Shown here one piece after another: positions 8,951-17,822 of a stretch of 64,000 nucleotides of DNA. Each line of letters starts with the position of its first letter. Within the stretch, counting starts at the first letter, position 1. The stretch comes from an uncultured virus (IMG/VR IMGVR_UViG_3300035454_002149). Taxonomy: Duplodnaviria > Heunggongvirae > Uroviricota > Caudoviricetes. Made by a program: the position numbers and the translations under genes. The notes beneath the pieces are model-generated. The model did not search any database. It was not told where the DNA came from and saw only the letters and a program-made list of their open reading frames with translations. Where the stretch lies: the IMG/VR virus record IMGVR_UViG_3300035454_002149. One strand, 5' to 3'.

Positions 8951-10618
8951 CTAAATTTTTGCCAGTTCGATCAAGCGATTGATCTCACTACGATCCACGG
9001 ACTCGCTGCTCATATTGCTGGGTCTGGTCATCATCACGCCATCTGTGTCCAGATCTTCGCCCAATCCGCCTTCCAAAGTCTGCACGATCTCCGCTACACG
9101 GGCTTCGTCCATGCCTCCAGTGCCGCGTATGCGTGGGGCGCCGTGTGAGTAATAGAAACTGAATACGCCCCCGGAAATGGGATCGCGGTAGTATAACGTA
9201 TCGCTGTAGTCGTCTCTGGGCGCACGGAGATCCTCGGCGCCAGGCAAGAGATTGAAATCGATGCGTCCAATTTCGTGTATATCACCTTCGTCGGGGGACT
9301 TCGAGATCTTCACGGGTTCAAAAGCACCTTGGGCTTCGTTGATCTTCATCGGCATTGCCCCGCCAATTGGTGTGCCCATCAATGCTTCGTCTGTGGGTTG
9401 TGGTGCGGCAGCAGACATTTCGATACCAAGTTTGGCCAAACGGGCCATCACTCTGGAGTCGTCCCAGGCATTGGCATCGGGGTCGACCACGGAAATGTCA
9501 TCTAATATGTCAAACAATTCGTCGTCGCCCACTAGATCATACAATTGTTCTGTGGCGTTGGTGGCATCTGGCCCAACTATGAGTTCTCGGCTCATGAGGT
9601 CCTGTAGTTTTTTCTTTTGCTCGGGTGTGCTGGGCAGTGCCCAGGTACCTTCAGATACTGTTTGGGCCCAATTTTCAAATTCGTTGGCTTCTTTCATATT
9701 ACCTTTCAATCTCGCCAGGATTGGCAGAGCCTCTTCTATGCGATAGTCCAGGCTGTTTTCGATGAACATGGTGCGGATGGCATCCGTGGCCAGTTCAGTT
9801 TCGGTTATCTCGGCGGGATCGTAATTTTCTCTTTCTTCACGATAGCCACGCTGGCTGATCATGCGCTTGGCTTTGGCTTTGAGATCTGAGTAATGTCTGA
9901 CTGCTGCTTCGGTCATTTCTGCCGCTGGGCCCGAGAAATCTTTGTGGCGGGCAGCCCTTACAAATTTAGAGAGCGTGGCCAATTCATTGACCATCTCTGT
10001 GATATGTTGTCCAAAAGCATCGTAGGGTGTGCCACCTTCGGCCACATGCCGGGCTAGTAATCTTCCGTGCATGAGGTTACGGCTAGGCACTTTGAAACGC
10101 TCGCCTTCGGCTGTTTCTAGGAACAGGCTCTCGATATAACGGAATCTCGCATCGTTTTCATCCAGAGTCTTGTTGTGTACGATCTTGAGTTTGACTTTTT
10201 TGGGTTGATCGCTGTAACTCACGCGGCGTGTACCGTAGTAGCCTTCAAACAATCCTTCTTTGATAGCTGCCATACCTTGCATGGTATATTTGAGGCGATT
10301 GATGTTCTGTGTGTCAAAGTTCAGGAGATTGCGTGTGGCAAAATTCTTCATCTGGGCCAGGAAGTCGTACCAATCACTTTTATCTTCACCTTCCATGCTG
10401 CGTCCCAGATTGTCCCCAAAGTAGACCTGTAAATCGTTGTCGGCTCCCAGCAACACCACTACTGTTCCGTAGTTTTTCTCTGGTGTTTTCCAATCAAAAC
10501 TGAAAAGTTCTGCTTCAGCAGGATCGGTGATGGCTTTGCCCGCAGAATCCAGGATTTCTGGTTCAAAATCGCGGGTGACTAATAGGTTATAGAGATCTGT
10601 AGACGGGGAATTCTGCAT
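8951..10618 (-). CDS. Hypothetical protein, probably head-associated
   Basis: Long acidic ORF downstream of terminase; TAAATA at 10629-10624 favours the second ATG (10618); C-terminal INRLIELAKI motif. Confidence 0.65.
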   Translation of the reverse strand: MQNSPSTDLYNLLVTRDFEPEILDSAGKAITDPAEAELFSFDWKTPEKNYGTVVVLLGADNDLQVYFGDNLGRSMEGEDKSDWYDFLAQMKNFATRNLLNFDTQNINRLKYTMQGMAAIKEGLFEGYYGTRRVSYSDQPKKVKLKIVHNKTLDENDARFRYIESLFLETAEGERFKVPSRNLMHGRLLARHVAEGGTPYDAFGQHITEMVNELATLSKFVRAARHKDFSGPAAEMTEAAVRHYSDLKAKAKRMISQRGYREERENYDPAEITETELATDAIRTMFIENSLDYRIEEALPILARLKGNMKEANEFENWAQTVSEGTWALPSTPEQKKKLQDLMSRELIVGPDATNATEQLYDLVGDDELFDILDDISVVDPDANAWDDSRVMARLAKLGIEMSAAAPQPTDEALMGTPIGGAMPMKINEAQGAFEPVKISKSPDEGDIHEIGRIDFNLLPGAEDLRAPRDDYSDTLYYRDPISGGVFSFYYSHGAPRIRGTGGMDEARVAEIVQTLEGGLGEDLDTDGVMMTRPSNMSSESVDRSEINRLIELAKI

Positions 10619-10626
10619 AGACATAT

Positions 10627-12198
10627 TTATGCTATGTTCATTATAAAGGGCAAGGGCTCAACTATGGCTTCATGGTGATCCCGCATGTGTTCGTCGAGTT
10701 CGGTATGATAGTCCTGAAGGATCGTCAGCATGCGTACCGTCAACACAGTGGCCATGACTAGATCGTCGGTTTCCCCGATCTTGGCAGCAAAACTAGTGCC
10801 CGAGGCCACAAAGTTTTTGAGTTCGCTGATCAAGGGTGCGCTGTGCAGACGCATACGATTGCTTTCTACCAGATGTTTGAGTTTAGCACAAGCGGCCAGT
10901 TTGGGTTTGGGAGAAGTATTGAATCCTTTGCGATATCTGCGGCCGCTGGATGATATTCCAGGCTCGCTCAAGAAATACCCTCGTATATTTTCTTCTCCAA
11001 ACTCCGATATGGATATCAGTGCCGCTTCACCTATGGTGTTGTTCTCCACAGAATAATAGATGTTCTTCTCATCACCCACTGCATCATAGATGTGTTGTAT
11101 GATGTTGTTGAGGATCCGTACCTGTGTGGGAATGTCTGTGCGATTGTGGCGCCATTCGGCCACTTGCTCAGTGGTGTTGGCTTCAAATACCTGTATGGCG
11201 GCTGGGTCTCCCCCAGTACCAAGGCTGGGGTCAAGTCCCACCACATAGATCTTGTTTTTCTCGGGTCGCTTGTACCAGCGCACTTCACCGGTCTTGTACA
11301 AAGGTTGCGATGCTTCTAGATCGATCAGTTTGGCCGGAGCGATCAATGTCTCATCCGCGATGATGAATTCGCATTCGTGTTCCCGGCGGAATCTATCTGT
11401 GCCCAAGGCTGCTTTCTGTTGTGCTGCCCAGGCTTCGTCACGATCTGGATGCTCGCTCCAGACAGCTTTGTAGGCCTTGAATCCATTCTGTCCCACTTCG
11501 GTGGGATTACCGTATTCGTCCACGCAGCGATTGGCTCCTTTCCATATCAGCGCGAACTGATCTTCGTCGCTGTTGGGAGTAGATGTGATGATGGCCTTAC
11601 CACCAGTGGCCAAGGTAGGTGATATGGAAGTCCAGAATTCTGTGGCGATGGTGGGTCGCACGAAAGCGAACTCGTCTGCGTATAGCAGCGAGATTGACAT
11701 ACCCCGTCCGGTGTTTTCTGTTGTGGTAGCAGACACGATGCGGCTGCCGTTGTCAAAGGTAAGACTTCCTTTGTTGTAGTCTACCGCGCCAGCACGTATG
11801 TGGTCCGGACAGTTCTCGTAGGCATATCTCACCCGACCCATGATCTCTTGCGCACCAGTGTATTTGTGTGCTGCGACCAAGATAGTACTATCTGGAATAA
11901 ACATGGCATACCACAGCAAGTACCCAGCGGCTGATGTAGTCTTACCTGTCTGTCGAGCCAGCATAGAGATGCTGAAACGATACTGGTGATAATTCTCGAT
12001 TAACTTTTTTTGATACTCATAGGGCTGATATAACATACGGCCGCGTGTGGGGTGCTGTATATAAAAGAAATGGTCCATGAAATACATGGGTCCGGTCACA
12101 GGATCGGCACACCGACGGAATTCGTCGATCTGTTGCTGTGTGTATGGCATCCTTACATGAGGAGTCCTGACTAGTGCGATTTGTTGACCTTTAGCCAT
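10627..12198 (-). CDS. gp17: Terminase large subunit
   Basis: ARQTGKTT Walker A; LLYADEFAF Walker B; ITSTPN; RREHEC; nuclease domain VVGLDPS...TDDLVMA. Confidence 0.95.
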   Translation of the reverse strand: MAKGQQIALVRTPHVRMPYTQQQIDEFRRCADPVTGPMYFMDHFFYIQHPTRGRMLYQPYEYQKKLIENYHQYRFSISMLARQTGKTTSAAGYLLWYAMFIPDSTILVAAHKYTGAQEIMGRVRYAYENCPDHIRAGAVDYNKGSLTFDNGSRIVSATTTENTGRGMSISLLYADEFAFVRPTIATEFWTSISPTLATGGKAIITSTPNSDEDQFALIWKGANRCVDEYGNPTEVGQNGFKAYKAVWSEHPDRDEAWAAQQKAALGTDRFRREHECEFIIADETLIAPAKLIDLEASQPLYKTGEVRWYKRPEKNKIYVVGLDPSLGTGGDPAAIQVFEANTTEQVAEWRHNRTDIPTQVRILNNIIQHIYDAVGDEKNIYYSVENNTIGEAALISISEFGEENIRGYFLSEPGISSSGRRYRKGFNTSPKPKLAACAKLKHLVESNRMRLHSAPLISELKNFVASGTSFAAKIGETDDLVMATVLTVRMLTILQDYHTELDEHMRDHHEAIVEPLPFIMNIA

Positions 12199-12199
12199 G

Positions 12200-13342
12200 T
12201 TATAACTCTGCTAGTTCGGGCCAGAGTCGTTGGAATCCGCCCAAGTCCTTTGTATGGTACTTAGTCTCGATCAAATGTAAGTGTTCCTGGAATTTCGCTG
12301 ATATCATTTCCCAGTCCGGGTCGATGGTCGATAATCTATGCGACACCGCATCAAAAAAACCGGACTCTTCTGGTGATTGTTTGAAATTTTGCCGGTATCT
12401 TTGGATTTCTTCTTGTGCTGTTTTTCTTACCCAAGGTGCATGCATGGCTGGATCTAGATAATCGGGCTGATAGAGCGTCTGCCATTGTATAGCAAATCCC
12501 ACTCGATCTGCATACTCTCTTAGTTCACACAATCTCGTGCAGTTGTAGAGATTGTAGACTGCATGTATTCCTCCCCAATGCCCGGCTACTTCGGTCAGCG
12601 TCTTTACCTTGGCGATGTTTTCATTGATCAATTCCCATGATCCACCGTGCCGCACGTATTCAAATCTCTCGCCCACGTTGTCAAAACTCATCGACCAACC
12701 CACACGCGAGCGCTGGCGCAATTTTTCCACGATGCCGTTGTCACGGAAATCCACAGACAGATTAGTGATCAAGGTCACTGTGGCATCTTTGGGTATCACT
12801 GACAGCAATCGTCGATTTTCTGGCAGCAACAAAGGTTCTCCACCTACCAGCGCCACTTCTCGTACTGAATCCCGATGCTGTTGTATGTATTCACAGACCT
12901 GTTCGTAGTAAGGCCTTGCACCGCTCTGGTGTTTTATCTGCATCATCCCGGCCCATTTACTGGAGCATTTTGGGCCACAATAATTACAACTGAGATTGCA
13001 AGTGATATTCCATCTGGCATCAATCAATGCCGGTTGATGTTGTTCGGATGTGTAGTCTACATCCGGACTGACGTCATTGTGCCACTTGCGTTCGCTGGAT
13101 CCATAGCGTTCCGCGTCGATGCAATTGCGACAATACTCTGGATGCAGTATTCCTTGCCTCAAGGAGGCTCTAATATCTCTTAACTGATCGCTGCTCAGGA
13201 TTTCTATTATAGAATGGCTGTTGAGATTTCCCAACATATTGGGATCTCCGGCACAACAAGTCTTAACATCACCGCGTGGGTTGATGTGTAATCCTCGCCA
13301 AGGAGCAGCGCAATATTTCTTTTGTTGCGTATTATTTGACAT
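12200..13342 (-). CDS. Radical SAM enzyme with N-terminal SPASM/twitch-like Cys domain
   Basis: CNLSCNYC; GGEPLL; ITN; N-terminal YCAAPW...TCC...CRNC; start at 13342 overlaps the upstream gene end. Confidence 0.88.
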   Translation of the reverse strand: MSNNTQQKKYCAAPWRGLHINPRGDVKTCCAGDPNMLGNLNSHSIIEILSSDQLRDIRASLRQGILHPEYCRNCIDAERYGSSERKWHNDVSPDVDYTSEQHQPALIDARWNITCNLSCNYCGPKCSSKWAGMMQIKHQSGARPYYEQVCEYIQQHRDSVREVALVGGEPLLLPENRRLLSVIPKDATVTLITNLSVDFRDNGIVEKLRQRSRVGWSMSFDNVGERFEYVRHGGSWELINENIAKVKTLTEVAGHWGGIHAVYNLYNCTRLCELREYADRVGFAIQWQTLYQPDYLDPAMHAPWVRKTAQEEIQRYRQNFKQSPEESGFFDAVSHRLSTIDPDWEMISAKFQEHLHLIETKYHTKDLGGFQRLWPELAEL

Positions 13343-13976
13343 CCACGGATCTCTGCCGTTGGCAGACGAATATGTAATACTTCTCTTCGACTGACCCACG
13401 TTCATCCAGGAATTCCACAGGGAAACAATATTCATACCATGTGACATCAAATCCTGTGCGTGACAGCAGACTTAGCCACATGGTCTTGTCCAGTATGCTG
13501 TAGTGATTGCGATTGTTTTCGTGCGTCTGATCGCAGTTGGGTTGTGGGACTTCAATGTAGAGATATCCTCGGGGTTTCAACACACGATTGTATTCCAAGA
13601 GTGTAATGTAAGGAAACGGGCTGTGTTCCAGACTATGGCGGCAGAACAAGAGATCCTGACTCTCATCTGCCTGTGCCAAGAAATTCATGTCGCTCCTGGA
13701 GATCTTATGGCCTTTTTCCTGGCATATCTCTATGTCTCCGGGACTTAACGTGAGTCCGGTCATATTGATATATCCACGCTGTTTCATCTCGTCCAGGAAA
13801 TATCCGGGCCCACAGCCAAGATCTAAGATTTCAGCAGTTTTGGGTAAATTCATTGGATCAATGAATTTCTCCACGACATCCTTGGTGATGGCCTGGTGGA
13901 ACGGGCTGTGCCCTTCATCATAGACTTGTCCCAGTACGAAGTCATAATAAAATTTTAGTTTGAGATTAGTGTTCAT
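13332..13976 (-). CDS. Class I SAM-dependent methyltransferase
   Basis: ILDLGCGPG; CRHSLEHS; RVLKPRGYLYIEVP. Confidence 0.88.
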   Translation of the reverse strand: MNTNLKLKFYYDFVLGQVYDEGHSPFHQAITKDVVEKFIDPMNLPKTAEILDLGCGPGYFLDEMKQRGYINMTGLTLSPGDIEICQEKGHKISRSDMNFLAQADESQDLLFCRHSLEHSPFPYITLLEYNRVLKPRGYLYIEVPQPNCDQTHENNRNHYSILDKTMWLSLLSRTGFDVTWYEYCFPVEFLDERGSVEEKYYIFVCQRQRSVDVK

Positions 13977-13999
13977 CAGTAGCCTTAATATGCTACTAT

Positions 14000-14227
14000 T
14001 TACTTGTTACCAGATCCGTTGATTGGCTTTTCGCCGGTGAGATAGGGGAGGCTAAACCACAATTGGAACCACTCCGGAGTCCCGGGTTCGATATTGTGCT
14101 TTTTCTGTAATTCTGCTTTTTCGTTGCCAGTCAGACTGATATTGCTACCTTCTGTGGTGCGACGCAGGCTATTGCTATATCCTTGGGTGCGTACACCTGC
14201 TAGGCGTTGTAGATCTTCAAGATTCAT
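14000..14227 (-). CDS. Small hypothetical protein
   Basis: 75 aa; starts LEDLQRLAGV; IEPGTPEWFQLWFSLPYLTGEKP. Confidence 0.7.
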   Translation of the reverse strand: MNLEDLQRLAGVRTQGYSNSLRRTTEGSNISLTGNEKAELQKKHNIEPGTPEWFQLWFSLPYLTGEKPINGSGNK

Positions 14228-14295
14228 AAATGTAGGCAGATCCTATCATTGTCAATACCAGAACGATTGTTTTCATAACAGATCCTTTGGAGTAT

Positions 14296-15384
14296 TTACT
14301 CCTGATAGAACTCCATGTTACGGCGCAGTCTCTCATCCTTGGGGTCTAGATCTATGGCTTTTTGCCCCCATTCTTGGGCCTGTGCTTTTAGACCCAAATA
14401 ATAAGCGGCCAGCGCACCAAGATCGTAGGGTTCGCTGCCCCAGCACGCACCGTCACTGATGTAGGTCATGCCACGCTGTGTTATGGCCAAGCATTTGTGT
14501 ATGGCCCAAAACACAGTAGCCCAATCTCGAGCGCGGTTAGCACAACGGGCTAGTTCCAACCAAGGTTCTCGGCTCCAGGGCCATTCTTGCGTGGCTTTCA
14601 CTGCCCAGATCATGGCATCGTCGGTCTTGCCCATGTTTAAAAAACAGCGAGAGATATAACGCAGGCTAGAACATCTCTCTTCTCGCCATTGTGCGTTGGG
14701 CAAAGATAAATGCCTTTGAAATTCGTCGATCGCATCCTGCCAGCGAGATTTGAACATGAGTTCGCGACCGTAGTAATGGCTCATGCGATCGTTGCTGGGG
14801 TCTTCGTCTACTGCCATCTTCAGCAGCGGTAGATATTGTCCACGACTCTTGGTCACATCGGCACGATGATGCAACACGAGATCAGGAACATTCTTTCGTA
14901 TCTCTTGACCTGTGCCTTCCCAGTAAAGTGTTTCGTGGCAAGGATGTCGCCACCGATAACCTTGCCTATGATGTATCTTGTCCGCAAAGAATCTCGTGGC
15001 TGGCGTACCATCCGCGTTCCAATTCCAGATATAATCGTAGCTGACACGTGTCATGGTGCCGTTGGATTCCTGCCAGGCACGATCCAATGCCTCCACCCAT
15101 CCGGGCTGTAGATACTCGTCAAGATCGATACTGAGACAGACATCTATATCAGCTGGCACCAGACTCAAGGCCGTGTTTCGTGGAACATCAAAACGCCATG
15201 GACGTTGCACGATATCATAGACCACTGCTCCGAGTTCTCGAAGTCGTTCAGCGGTGCCGTCTGTGCTGCCTGTATCGCACACTAAGACGAGATCGGCTCC
15301 CTGACAATGTGCCATGAACGTATCAACATGTTTGATCTCATTGAGTGAGATAGCATACACACAGGTCTTTACACGATCAACCAT
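14296..15384 (-). CDS. GT2-family glycosyltransferase with TPR repeats
   Basis: VYAISLNE, DTGSTDGT, WRFDVPRN, SIDLDE and HPCHE motifs; helical TPR C-terminus. Confidence 0.88.
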   Translation of the reverse strand: MVDRVKTCVYAISLNEIKHVDTFMAHCQGADLVLVCDTGSTDGTAERLRELGAVVYDIVQRPWRFDVPRNTALSLVPADIDVCLSIDLDEYLQPGWVEALDRAWQESNGTMTRVSYDYIWNWNADGTPATRFFADKIHHRQGYRWRHPCHETLYWEGTGQEIRKNVPDLVLHHRADVTKSRGQYLPLLKMAVDEDPSNDRMSHYYGRELMFKSRWQDAIDEFQRHLSLPNAQWREERCSSLRYISRCFLNMGKTDDAMIWAVKATQEWPWSREPWLELARCANRARDWATVFWAIHKCLAITQRGMTYISDGACWGSEPYDLGALAAYYLGLKAQAQEWGQKAIDLDPKDERLRRNMEFYQE

Positions 15385-17188
15385 GCGCAGCCTCCTGATA
15401 GAACGCTAGATTTTTCTGCAATCTTGCGTCCGTGGGTAGCATATCTAACGCCTGCTGTCCATACTGCAAGGCCTGTCGATACAGACCAATATTGTAAGCG
15501 GCCAAAGCAGCAATATCGTAAGGCCGGTCCGACCATGCTCTGGGATCTTGGGTGAATCCATTGCGACGTTCTGTGACCGATAGGCACCGGCGTGCGGCTA
15601 GATAACACTCTTCCCAATCACGTTGATTATAACAGAACTCTGCGTAAGCAAACCATGATTCTCGCTCGTTGCTGTGATCTGTTGAGATGCGATACCAGCG
15701 ACGGGCAGAGTCCGGATCGCCTTGAGAAGCATAACCACCCGCGATATTCCGAGCGATGTAACTCTGTATCACTGCACCTTCGTCGCAAGAATCATAGCTT
15801 TTTCTCCGGATATGCAAAGCATCGCCGTATCGTTGCTGCGATTGATATTCGTTGGCCAGGAAGTAATAGGTGCGCCAATGATGATCGCCTTCTGCGACTT
15901 TCTTTTCCAGGAGATCGAGATATCCACGTCGATCCTTGCCAGTATCTTGCTGTTCATCAAGATAAACATCCGACAACCATATGGCGTGCTCGTCACGATG
16001 CCATTTCAGTGTCTCATGCACTGCACCCGTCCAGTGACATCCGTGACGGGCGTGTATCTTTGAATGCCACTGCCATGGGTTGCTGTTGTTGCGATATCTA
16101 TGGTTGGCCGTGGTAGTCTGTGCAGTCCAATTGCGTTCTATGTGTTGGCGCCAACCCGGTAACAATGCTTCGTCAAGATCTTGCCATATGCAAACATCAA
16201 TGTCAGCCGGCAAGAGATTCAGTGCTGTGCCACGTGCTACATCAAAACGCCAAGGCATCACTGATATGGGCACCACAGTGACTCCATGCTTGATCAGTTC
16301 CTTCACAGTTGAGTCAGTGCTGCCTGTGTCACAGACCAAGCGGAGATCTGCTTCCTGGTTACTGGCCGCCCATCGTTCTACATGCTGTGACTCATTTTTA
16401 CAGATAGTATAAACAGCGATGCGTAACGGACGATGCTGGAACTCTCGACAGAACCCAGTCAGTAGATTGTCTTGGGTGCGCAAATATTCGTCTGACAATG
16501 ACGCCAGTCGATCCTTCCAGATGGTCTCCCACATGTGCAAGGTGTAGGAATCTTGCAACTTTTCACGATCTTCTGCGCGATTTTCAAAAACATACGGATC
16601 ATCGAACCCAAAAGGCGTAAACGCAGTACGTGGCAACAATGTCAATGTATCTGGAATTTGTTCAGCTAACTCTGCTGGTAAAACCACGGCATGGTGTGCC
16701 CAGACATCAGCTCGGAAATTGCTGGGTATAGCTGCCAGCCAGGCCTGCAAAAACTCCGATCCGGGCTGTGCCATGATCACGGCGTTGCTGACGGATTTGA
16801 TCTCGCCATCGTCTGTGGTGCTTTCGATGGCCAACACACAATCATGCTCCTGTAGATCCGTCAAAGGGCGTGTCATGATAACATCGGTGTCAAGGTAGAT
16901 GCCGCCCAACTGTATAAGTTTTTGCAGTCGCACTATGTCGCTCTGATACTGAGGATATTCTAGACGGACGCCTTGATATTCCTGCATGGCATCTGTCTGT
17001 ACCAATGTCACATAGGGTTTTATGTTTTCCCAATGCGGATTGTTTTCGGGTTCCTGATCATAGTAAAAATAGATCGCATCGGGCCTCTGTACTTCATAAG
17101 CAGATCTCACTGCGAGATAGTTGAGATAGCTAAACTCTCTAGAGCCCGGGCCAAAAAAATAAATGAAATGTACGACGTTGGGTATCAC
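15377..17188 (-). CDS. Double glycosyltransferase: GT32/DxD domain + GT2 domain + TPR
   Basis: IPNVVHF...SDIVRL...GGIYLDTD (GT32/OCH1-like), then VYTICKNE, DTGSTD, WRFDVAR, QDLDE, VHE (GT2), then TPR; GTG start overlaps the upstream TGA. Confidence 0.85.
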   Translation of the reverse strand: MIPNVVHFIYFFGPGSREFSYLNYLAVRSAYEVQRPDAIYFYYDQEPENNPHWENIKPYVTLVQTDAMQEYQGVRLEYPQYQSDIVRLQKLIQLGGIYLDTDVIMTRPLTDLQEHDCVLAIESTTDDGEIKSVSNAVIMAQPGSEFLQAWLAAIPSNFRADVWAHHAVVLPAELAEQIPDTLTLLPRTAFTPFGFDDPYVFENRAEDREKLQDSYTLHMWETIWKDRLASLSDEYLRTQDNLLTGFCREFQHRPLRIAVYTICKNESQHVERWAASNQEADLRLVCDTGSTDSTVKELIKHGVTVVPISVMPWRFDVARGTALNLLPADIDVCIWQDLDEALLPGWRQHIERNWTAQTTTANHRYRNNSNPWQWHSKIHARHGCHWTGAVHETLKWHRDEHAIWLSDVYLDEQQDTGKDRRGYLDLLEKKVAEGDHHWRTYYFLANEYQSQQRYGDALHIRRKSYDSCDEGAVIQSYIARNIAGGYASQGDPDSARRWYRISTDHSNERESWFAYAEFCYNQRDWEECYLAARRCLSVTERRNGFTQDPRAWSDRPYDIAALAAYNIGLYRQALQYGQQALDMLPTDARLQKNLAFYQEAAHG

Positions 17189-17787
17189 TGGTATTGCCAC
17201 AACGGTTGGTCGGGATCTGATATCCCATATGCCCAAGCGGGTTTGTTTTCAGTCTCGTTCCAGTTCACATATGGTTCGTGGGGCTTCTTGTGCAAGACTG
17301 TGCTGTTGCTAGAACGGCCGTTGGAGGCTGGGGCATTGACGTCGACTCTGGATATCTCGTTATAATAGAGCTGTGCTACCCAGGCCGCATTCTGGAAATC
17401 CTGGAATCTACGTGTGTCATGGAATATCATCACGCCTCCCGCACGCAAATTGCGCCAGGTATCGATTGCGAACTGCCGTCGTGCATGATCTACACCGTCA
17501 ACGAACACGAGATTAAACATCTCATCAAAGTCTGTGCGATAACCGGAAAATTCAACTAGGGTACGATCAGCGATCTGTTCCAGACGTTGTTGCGTGAGTT
17601 GGATCCAGTGCTCGCTGGTCTCCACAGACAAGATACGTGCGGCACCACATTGGCTCATGATCTGTGTGCTGCCACCGGCACCAAATTCTAATATAGTTTT
17701 GGATCGTCGGGCATATCCCGCCAGCAAGTCAGCATCTTCGAGGCTGAGATCGCCGATAAATCGGATTCCTGTGAGATTGGTGAGCAT
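17185..17787 (-). CDS. Class I SAM-dependent (O-)methyltransferase
   Basis: ILEFGAGGST; SVET; LVFVDG; GGVMIFHD. Confidence 0.8.
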   Translation of the reverse strand: MLTNLTGIRFIGDLSLEDADLLAGYARRSKTILEFGAGGSTQIMSQCGAARILSVETSEHWIQLTQQRLEQIADRTLVEFSGYRTDFDEMFNLVFVDGVDHARRQFAIDTWRNLRAGGVMIFHDTRRFQDFQNAAWVAQLYYNEISRVDVNAPASNGRSSNSTVLHKKPHEPYVNWNETENKPAWAYGISDPDQPLWQYQ

Positions 17788-17793
17788 ACCATA

Positions 17794-17822
17794 ATTATAC
17801 GCTCAACCGCCGTGTTGGTCAA
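17794..17822 (-). promoter_or_regulatory. Near-consensus sigma70 promoter for the methyltransferase-GT-GT operon
   Basis: TTGACC, 17 nt, TATAAT; ATG 6 nt downstream of the -10 box. Confidence 0.75.

Noticed and set aside
10627..12198. Intron or intein in terminase (also checked uvsX)
   Set aside because: Both ORFs are continuous and of ordinary length, with no splicing motifs.
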